A stretch of 63,763 nucleotides of DNA, filler included, from a bacterium (lineage in GTDB: Bacteria > JADJOY01), in NCBI GenBank assembly GCA_046331705.1. It is 4 parts of 4 records of this genome, joined end to end, with 100 filler letters (N's around TTAATTAATTAA, not from the genome) between each part and the next. Parts side by side here need not be neighbours in the genome. Positions count along the whole stretch, not along the records: positions 41,233 to 60,181 come from JAXLQJ010000090.1; positions 60,282 to 63,763 come from JAXLQJ010000112.1; 2 more parts are not named here. One strand, 5' to 3'. Below are positions 56,930-63,763 of this stretch, in pieces. Numbering within the stretch: the first letter of the stretch is position 1; each line of letters starts with the position of its first letter. The position numbers and the translations under genes are program-made. The notes under the pieces were generated by a model. It saw nothing but the letters and a program-made list of their open reading frames with translations. It was not told the DNA's origin and made no database searches.

Positions 56930-57658
56930 ATGACGGGACGACCTTCGGCGGCAGGCGATCGAGCGTTTTCGAGACGATGCACGGGCGCGCTCGTGGTGGC
57001 GCTCGCCATCGCGTTACAAGCGATGCCGGCGGCTGGCGCCGACGACGCCGATCGCGATCTGGTGAAGGCCGTGCACGTGGTGCGGACCTTCTACCGCTAC
57101 CACCTGAGCCACGACATGCGCTTCACCGAGACCACGGTGGCGAAGCGCAAGGAATGGCTCTCGCCCGACTTCTACGCGTTGCTCCTGGCCGAGGTGCGCA
57201 GGCCCGCCAATCCCGAGGAAGCGCCGTTCGTGAACGGCGATCCCTTCACGGACTCCCAGGACTTCCCCACGCGCGTCGAGACCGGCGCCGCGGTGCGCAC
57301 CGGCGAGGACACGATCACGGTGGAGGTCGAGCTGCGCTGGACGCGCCGAGTCCGCGAGTACCGCCAATACCGCTGGGAGCGCCGCCCCGTGACGCGCGAG
57401 GTGGAAGACGCGCCGGCGCGCCGTCTCACCGTGAAGCTCAGCCGCGGCCAGCGGCTGTGGCGGATCGACGACCTGCTGTCCGAGGGCAAGAGCCTGCATG
57501 CCGCCCTCACCGCGCGAAACGACCCGACCCAGCAATTGCCCCGCGCCGCGCCCGCCTGGATGCAGAAGCCTGTGCCGGCCGACCCGCTCGCTCCACCCGC
57601 GCCCGGCGAGCCCGCGAAGCCGTGGCAGCCGAGCCCCACCCAGCCCTGGCAGCGGTGA
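56930..57658 (+). CDS. Secreted protein, DUF3828/YbjP-like, with Pro-rich tail
   Basis: Signal peptide; VVRTFYRY, NGDPFTDSQD, WRIDD. Confidence 0.65.
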   Translation: MTGRPSAAGDRAFSRRCTGALVVALAIALQAMPAAGADDADRDLVKAVHVVRTFYRYHLSHDMRFTETTVAKRKEWLSPDFYALLLAEVRRPANPEEAPFVNGDPFTDSQDFPTRVETGAAVRTGEDTITVEVELRWTRRVREYRQYRWERRPVTREVEDAPARRLTVKLSRGQRLWRIDDLLSEGKSLHAALTARNDPTQQLPRAAPAWMQKPVPADPLAPPAPGEPAKPWQPSPTQPWQR

Positions 57659-57700
57659 CGCCGAGCTGGCGGCGACTCGCTTCCGAGGCCTCCCGGCGCA

Positions 57701-57749
57701 CCGAGCGCCGAGCGCCGAGCACCGAGCGCCGAGCGCCGAATGCCGGGTG
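57701..57749. repeat. Heptamer tandem repeat, 7 units (consensus CCGAGCG)
   Basis: CCGAGCG CCGAGCG CCGAGCA CCGAGCG CCGAGCG CCGAATG CCGGGTG between convergent genes. Confidence 0.85.
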
Positions 57750-57831
57750 CGCTTCGAGCCGAGGAACGCGGGATCGCCGGCTCGATCGGAGCGACGTGTG
57801 CTCGTCGCGCTCGCCGCTCGGGCTGGAACGC

Positions 57832-58857
<1,026 letters not shown>

Positions 58858-58922
58858 GGATCCCCCGAGCTCTGGACGAGCCGCGGGGGGCCCGGCCGCG
58901 CCCCCCCGGCCCACCCCGGGCT

Positions 58923-58949
58923 GGGGGGGGGGGGGGGCCCCCCCCCCCC
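58923..58949. repeat. G15-C12 homopolymer tract within a low-complexity G/C patch
   Basis: G run 58923-58937 followed by C run 58938-58949. Confidence 0.9.
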
Positions 58950-59013
58950 GCCACCTCCCCGCCCACCGGACGCTCCTGACTCGCACCGACTTCCTCGCGC
59001 AGCGGTCACGCCG

Positions 59014-60181
59014 ATGAGAGCCACCGAATCGAAGGGGATGCCGCGCTGGACGCGAGCAGCGTGGATGGGCGCGTGCTGCTCGCTCGTCGCGCTCACCGCC
59101 GCGCTGGCCGCCGACCCCCACGACGTCGTCTACGAGCCCGTGCACCGCGGCGCGAGCCCGAACGCGTCGGCCACCCGTTGGCGGCGCGCGGAGCCGGCCC
59201 GTCCCGCGAGCTGCGCCGAGGCCACTCCCGGTAGCGCCCTGCAGCCCGTCCTCGACGCGCTTCCCGACGGTGCCGCGCTCTGTCTGCCAGCGGGAAACTA
59301 TCCCGGTGATCTGAACGTGAGCCGCGGCCTCACGATCTGGGGGACGCCCGAGTCCGTGATCGTCTCCACCAAGGTCGGCTCGACGATCCGCGTCGCGGGC
59401 GTCGGCGTGCGGCTGCTGGGCTTCACCATCGACGGCAGCGGAGGCCGCTTCGACACCGTCGATGCGGCGGTGCGCGTGGCCGGCGACGACGTGACGATCG
59501 AGGGGCTCGTCGTCCGCCACGCCACGTTCGGCATCCTCGTCGAGAGATCCCACCGGATCGTGGTGCGCGGCAACGACGTGGTCGGCGATCCGAAGCTCGC
59601 GTTCGGGCTGCGCGGCGACGGCATCCGGCTCTGGGAAACCTACGACTCGGTGGTCGAGCACAACCGGCTGACGGATTCCCGCGACATGGTCGTGTGGTAC
59701 TCGCGCGGCAACGAGATCGAGCACAACCTCGTGGTGCGCGGGCGTTACGGCACGCACTTCATGTACAGCCACGACAACCTCGTGGTGCGCAACCGGTACG
59801 TCGACGACGTCGTCGGCATCTTCATCATGTACAGCCGCGGCGTGACGCTAGACGGCAACGTCCTCGCGGGCAGCGGTGGCGCCGCGGGCATGGGCATCGG
59901 CCTCAAGGAGTCCGGCAACATCCGCGTCGTCGGCAACGCGCTGTTGCGCGACACGGTGGGGATCTACATCGACACCTCGCCGCTCAACGACTCGGACCAG
60001 AACCACTTCGAGCACAACGTCGTCCGCCTGGGCGGATCCGCCGTGGTCTTCCACGGCCGCGCCAGCCGCAACCACTTCGTCGCCAACAGCTTCCGCGACA
60101 ACCTCGTCCAGGTGGAGTGCCGTGGCGGCACCAACGCTCGCGACGCCGAGTGGCTCGGCAACGACTTCGACGACTACGCCG
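59014..60181 (+). CDS. nosD: Nitrous oxide reductase maturation protein NosD (3' truncated)
   Basis: Signal peptide; LRGDGIRLWE, RYGTHFMYSHDN, VGIFIMYS, GIGLKES beta-helix repeats. Confidence 0.88.
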
Positions 60182-60281
60182 NNNNNNNNNNNNNNNNNNN
60201 NNNNNNNNNNNNNNNNNNNNNNNNNTTAATTAATTAANNNNNNNNNNNNNNNNNNNNNNNNNNNNNNNNNNNNNNNNNNNN
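60182..60281. other. Artificial contig spacer
   Basis: 44 N + TTAATTAATTAA + 44 N. Confidence 0.98.
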
Positions 60282-60576
60282 GGTCCGCGAGGAGGCCGTG
60301 CAGCGCGGCGAGCTTGCCGCGCGCCTCGTCGCGCCCGACCTCGATGCCGATCTCGCGGCCCGCGCGGTAGCCCTCCTCGTACGCGCGCCGGATCGCTTCC
60401 TCGTCGAAGCCGGTGGCGGCGGGAGGATTCGGCTCCTGCTGCGCCACGGTCTCGTTGCCGAGCGCGCCGATGGGGCGATAGCGGAACGCGTCCACCGTGG
60501 ACGATCCCGTCTTGCCCTTCAGGATCCGGGTGTTGCTCGCGGGGGGGATGGGCATGGGGCTCGATTCGCTCGTCAC
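60282..60576 (-). CDS. fliH: Flagellar assembly protein FliH (3' truncated)
   Basis: AYEEGYRAGREIGIEVG (AxxxG/GxxxG repeats); overlaps the fliG stop. Confidence 0.85.
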
Positions 60577-61646
60577 ACGAGCACGTCTCCGGTTTCACCG
60601 CGGGTCGGCATGGTGATCTGACCGGCGGCCTCGAGCTTGCGCACGATCTCCACGATCTCGCGCTGAGCCTTCTCGACCTCGCTGAGGCGCATCGGGCCGA
60701 GCGCGTCGAGGTCCTCCTGGAGCATGCCGGCGGCGCGCTTCGAGATGTTCGCGAAGATCTTCTCCTTGAGCTCGGGGCTCACGGTCTTCATGGCGAGCAC
60801 CAGCAGGTTGCGCGGCACGTCCTTCACGATGAGCTGCAGATCGCGATCCGAGAGCTGCACCAGGTCGTCGAACACGAACATCAGCTCGCGGATTCGCTCC
60901 ACCATCTCGGGCTCGCGCTTCTCGATGTCCTCGAGCAGCGTGGTGCCGACGGTGCGGTCCATGCGGTTGAGGACCTCGGCCACCGCCTCGACGCCGCCGA
61001 GCTGGGTGGTGGTGGCGGCGGACGCCTGCTCCTGGAACTCGGCGCCCAGGATCTCGCTCACCTCGAGCAAGGTGCTGGGATCGACCTGCTCGAGCCGTGA
61101 CATGCGGATGAGCACCTCGGCGCGCAGCGCGTCGGGCATGCCGCCCAGCACTTGCGACGAGATCTCGGGGCTCAGGTGCGCGAGCACCACGGCCGTGATC
61201 TGGGGATGCTCGTTGGCGAAGAACTGGCTCAGGGTCGCCGGAAAGAGCTCGCCCAGCTTCTGCAGCGCGCCGCCCGAGCCGTTGGCCACCTCGCCCTGGA
61301 GCGCGAGCACGGTCTGCTCCTTGAGCACGTTGCGCAGCCGCTCGGCGTCGAGCTTGCCCTCGAGCTGGCTCAGGCTCAGCACCGAGTCGGAGATCCGCAC
61401 CACGCCTCCCGTGAGCCGGGTGTGGAACTCCTGGATGATCGCGTCGGGGTCGGGCCCGCCCTCCTTCTGGAGGCGGTCGGCGCCGGCGAGGATGCGCGCG
61501 ATGGTGCGGTCGGGCAGGTGGGCCAGCACCTCCGGCACGATCTGGTCGTCGAGGATCTGAAGGATGCTCGCGGCCTTCATCGCGCCGACCATGATCCCGG
61601 TCTTGGGAGCTTCGTCACGGGCCGCGCGCCCGTTCGCAGCGCTCAT
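60573..61646 (-). CDS. fliG: Flagellar motor switch protein FliG
   Basis: EHPQITA, GGVEAVAEVLN, MFVFDDL, NISKRAAGML, VEKAQ. Confidence 0.97.
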   Translation of the reverse strand: MSAANGRAARDEAPKTGIMVGAMKAASILQILDDQIVPEVLAHLPDRTIARILAGADRLQKEGGPDPDAIIQEFHTRLTGGVVRISDSVLSLSQLEGKLDAERLRNVLKEQTVLALQGEVANGSGGALQKLGELFPATLSQFFANEHPQITAVVLAHLSPEISSQVLGGMPDALRAEVLIRMSRLEQVDPSTLLEVSEILGAEFQEQASAATTTQLGGVEAVAEVLNRMDRTVGTTLLEDIEKREPEMVERIRELMFVFDDLVQLSDRDLQLIVKDVPRNLLVLAMKTVSPELKEKIFANISKRAAGMLQEDLDALGPMRLSEVEKAQREIVEIVRKLEAAGQITMPTRGETGDVLV

Positions 61647-61649
61647 CGA

Positions 61650-63254
61650 TCATTCCTCTTGGATGAGCGTCTGGATGAGCATCGCCACGCGCTTCGGGTC
61701 TTGCCGGGCCGCAGCTTCGATCTCGCCGCGCATGCGCGAGTTGAGGGGCGTCGTGTCGAGCACCGCTCCGCCTTCCGCGAGCGCCGCGGCGGCGCTCTCC
61801 GAGAGCGACCCGCCGCCGGCGGCCGCGACCTCGACGCTGGTCGTGAAGGCCGGACGCGCGGGCATCGGCAGGGACCGAAGCAGCGGTCTCAGCACCGTCG
61901 CGTAGAGCAGCAGGATGCCGAGCGCGGGTGCCGCCGCGCGCAGCACGGCGAGGGCGGTGTTGAGCCAGTTCCGACTCTCGCCGGTGGCGACCGGGACCTC
62001 GGGCACCTGGAAGCGGACGTTCTCGATCCGCACCGAGTCGCCGCGCTTCTCGTCGAAGCTCACCGCCTCGCGCACCAAGCCCTCGATGCGGCTCAAGGTG
62101 TCCGGCGAAAGGGCCTGGTACTCGGCCGCCTTGCCGTCGGCGGTGGCGCCGTAGGTGCCGTCCACGAGCACCGCGGCGGTGACCCGCTTCACTTGGCCGG
62201 CGGGCAGGATGGAACGCGTCTCGACCTTGCTGACCTCGTAGTTGATCGTCGATTGCTGGGTGGCGCGTCCGCTCGGCCCGCCCCCGGGCGGCGCGCCGGC
62301 GGGCGCGCCGGGCACGTTCGCGGTCACGCTCGCGGAGCCGGCGCCGCTCTGCGCTTGCTTGTCCTCGGAGCGCGATTCGCTGCGAATCGCCGTGGTGTCC
62401 GGGTCGTAGCGCACCTCGGAGGTCTCGCGACGGGTGACGTCGAACTCGACGCCGACGCGCGCCACCACGTGGCCGGCGCCGACGATCGGCACCAGCAGCG
62501 CCTCGATGCGGCGCTCGAGCTCGACCTCGTGGCTGTGGCGCGTCTGGGCGAGCTTGGCGTCGGTGGGCTCGCCGTCGTCGCTGGTGGTGTCGCCGCTGGT
62601 GAGCAGCGTGCCGTGCTGGTCGATCACCGTCACTTGATTGGGCTCGAGGCCGGCGACCGCACTCGACACCAGGTGCACGATGCCGCCCACCTGCGTCGGC
62701 GTGAGGCCGCGGCCCGCGTGCAGTCGCAGCACCACCGAGGCCGAGGCGGGCGATGCGCTCGAGCGGAACAGCTCGTGCGCCGGCAGCACCAGGTGCACGC
62801 GCACGGCCTCCACGGAATCGAGGCCGCGGATGGTGCGGGCCAGCTCGCCTTCGAGCGCGCGCTGCAGCGCGATCTTCTGGTCGAACTCGGTCTGGCCGAA
62901 GCGGCTCGACTCGAAGAGCTCGAAGCCCGGACCGCCTTGCCGAGGCAACCCCTCGGCGGCGAGCCGCATGCGCACCTTCTCGATCGCCTCGGCGGGCACC
63001 TCGATGGTGCCGCTGCGCTCGTCCTGGCGGAACGGGACGCCGTCCTTGCCGAGCACTTGCTGGATCTCGTGCAGGTCGCCCGTGGCGAGGTCGCGATAGA
63101 GCGGCTGATAGGCGAGCTTGGTGGGGGCGATCGCGAAGTACGCGGCGCTCGCGAACCCGAGCGCGATGACCGCGGCGACCACGATGCGCTGCGCGGGCTT
63201 GAGCTCGAGCCAGAGGCTGCGGGCCTTGGCGATCCAGGGTTCGAGGGTGCCCAT
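61650..63254 (-). CDS. fliF: Flagellar M-ring protein FliF
   Basis: GFELFE, FGQTEF, QRALEGELARTI, VRVHLVLP, ASASVVL, NYEVSK, RGDSV. Confidence 0.97.
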   Translation of the reverse strand: MGTLEPWIAKARSLWLELKPAQRIVVAAVIALGFASAAYFAIAPTKLAYQPLYRDLATGDLHEIQQVLGKDGVPFRQDERSGTIEVPAEAIEKVRMRLAAEGLPRQGGPGFELFESSRFGQTEFDQKIALQRALEGELARTIRGLDSVEAVRVHLVLPAHELFRSSASPASASVVLRLHAGRGLTPTQVGGIVHLVSSAVAGLEPNQVTVIDQHGTLLTSGDTTSDDGEPTDAKLAQTRHSHEVELERRIEALLVPIVGAGHVVARVGVEFDVTRRETSEVRYDPDTTAIRSESRSEDKQAQSGAGSASVTANVPGAPAGAPPGGGPSGRATQQSTINYEVSKVETRSILPAGQVKRVTAAVLVDGTYGATADGKAAEYQALSPDTLSRIEGLVREAVSFDEKRGDSVRIENVRFQVPEVPVATGESRNWLNTALAVLRAAAPALGILLLYATVLRPLLRSLPMPARPAFTTSVEVAAAGGGSLSESAAAALAEGGAVLDTTPLNSRMRGEIEAAARQDPKRVAMLIQTLIQEE

Positions 63255-63360
63255 GGCAAGCTCGGCGATGCGGGTGCGGCGAGGGTGGCGAGCGAGGGGT
63301 CGGTGGTTGGATGTCGGATCGGGTGTGGGGCTCGCGCTTGGCGCTCAGGCGCGTCGTCGC

Positions 63361-63675
63361 TCACACCGGCATGCGCATGATGTCCTGGTAGGCCTCGACG
63401 ATCTTGCCGCGCACCTTCATCATCATCTCGAACGAGAGCGAGGCCTTCTCGAGGGCCACGACGGCCTCCTGCAGGCCCTCGCCGTTGCCCAGCGCGAATC
63501 GCTTGACCGCTCGGTCGGCGTCGCTCTGGAGCGACTCGACCTCGCCGAGCTTCTCGCTCAGGATCTGACCGAAGCCGCCGCTCGGCTGCTCGGTGGGAGT
63601 GCCGGTCGCCTCGCCCAGCTCGCGGCGGTTCTGGATCGGCAGATCCCGGATGGTGTTGAGCTTGGTGTCGATCAT
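63361..63675 (-). CDS. fliE: Flagellar hook-basal body protein FliE
   Basis: EKASLSFEMMMKVRGKIVEAYQDIMRMPV. Confidence 0.95.
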   Translation of the reverse strand: MIDTKLNTIRDLPIQNRRELGEATGTPTEQPSGGFGQILSEKLGEVESLQSDADRAVKRFALGNGEGLQEAVVALEKASLSFEMMMKVRGKIVEAYQDIMRMPV

Positions 63676-63706
63676 CGTTCACCCTCGTGTGCGCGGGCGG
63701 TTCGCC

Positions 63707-63763
63707 TCAGCGCAAGAGCTCGACGGTTCGTTGGATGAGACCGCGGGCGGTCTCCGCCGCGGT
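63707..63763 (-). CDS. flgC: 3' end of probable flagellar rod protein FlgC (partial)
   Basis: TAAETARGLIQRTVELLR-stop, in the usual flgC position upstream of fliE; only 18 codons are visible. Confidence 0.6.
   Translation of the reverse strand, partial: TAAETARGLIQRTVELLR

Noticed and set aside
57660-57830. Possible CRISPR array
   Set aside because: Only contiguous 7-bp units with no spacers; no cas genes or repeat-spacer pattern seen anywhere in the window.

Overview
The window is not one continuous locus. It is four assembly fragments (1-21033, 21134-41132, 41233-60181, 60282-63763) joined by artificial 100-bp spacers (44 N + TTAATTAATTAA + 44 N), so gene neighbourhoods are only meaningful within a fragment. 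The DNA is very GC-rich. Gene content (CarF-like desaturase, F420-type LLM oxidoreductase, multiheme cytochrome, Cys-TM-Arg C-terminal anchor) suggests a Myxococcota/deltaproteobacteria-like organism, which is inference only. Fragment 1: REC-GGDEF-EAL gene; TetR with a divergent biotin-dependent acyl-CoA carboxylase/acyl-CoA dehydrogenase operon; SDR; Omp28-like secreted protein; a three-gene unit (signal-peptide ORF ending RAPP, 65-aa peptide, RRE-like/degenerate M50/HlyD fusion); FMN reductase; LLM oxidoreductase; CarF-like desaturase; 12-repeat beta-propeller lipoprotein; cytochrome c with at least 8 hemes. Fragment 2: rho; FG-GAP lipoprotein; Coq4-like protein; CSLREA/choice-of-anchor Q protein; a surface-glycan cluster (O-antigen ligase-like, three GT4, B12-radical SAM, WecB/TagA); amidase; GNAT; class II aaRS-like protein; tRNA-Asn followed by an AbrB-Doc toxin-antitoxin pair and a decayed nucleotidyltransferase. 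Fragment 3: FG-GAP surface protein; GT-C-like membrane protein; second B12-radical SAM; sulfotransferase/alkylsulfatase-like/oxidoreductase operon with divergent TetR and desaturase; TolB-like, cytochrome c, rhomboid and DUF3828-like genes; aapJ; nosD. Fragment 4: flgC (3' end)-fliE-fliF-fliG-fliH. The best candidates for undescribed biology are the RAPP-leader/peptide/RRE-pseudoprotease-HlyD unit (10608-13729) and a shared C-terminal IFxxxFExGxxxxWS tail on two unrelated secreted proteins. All family calls come from motif recognition by eye, with no database searches run.
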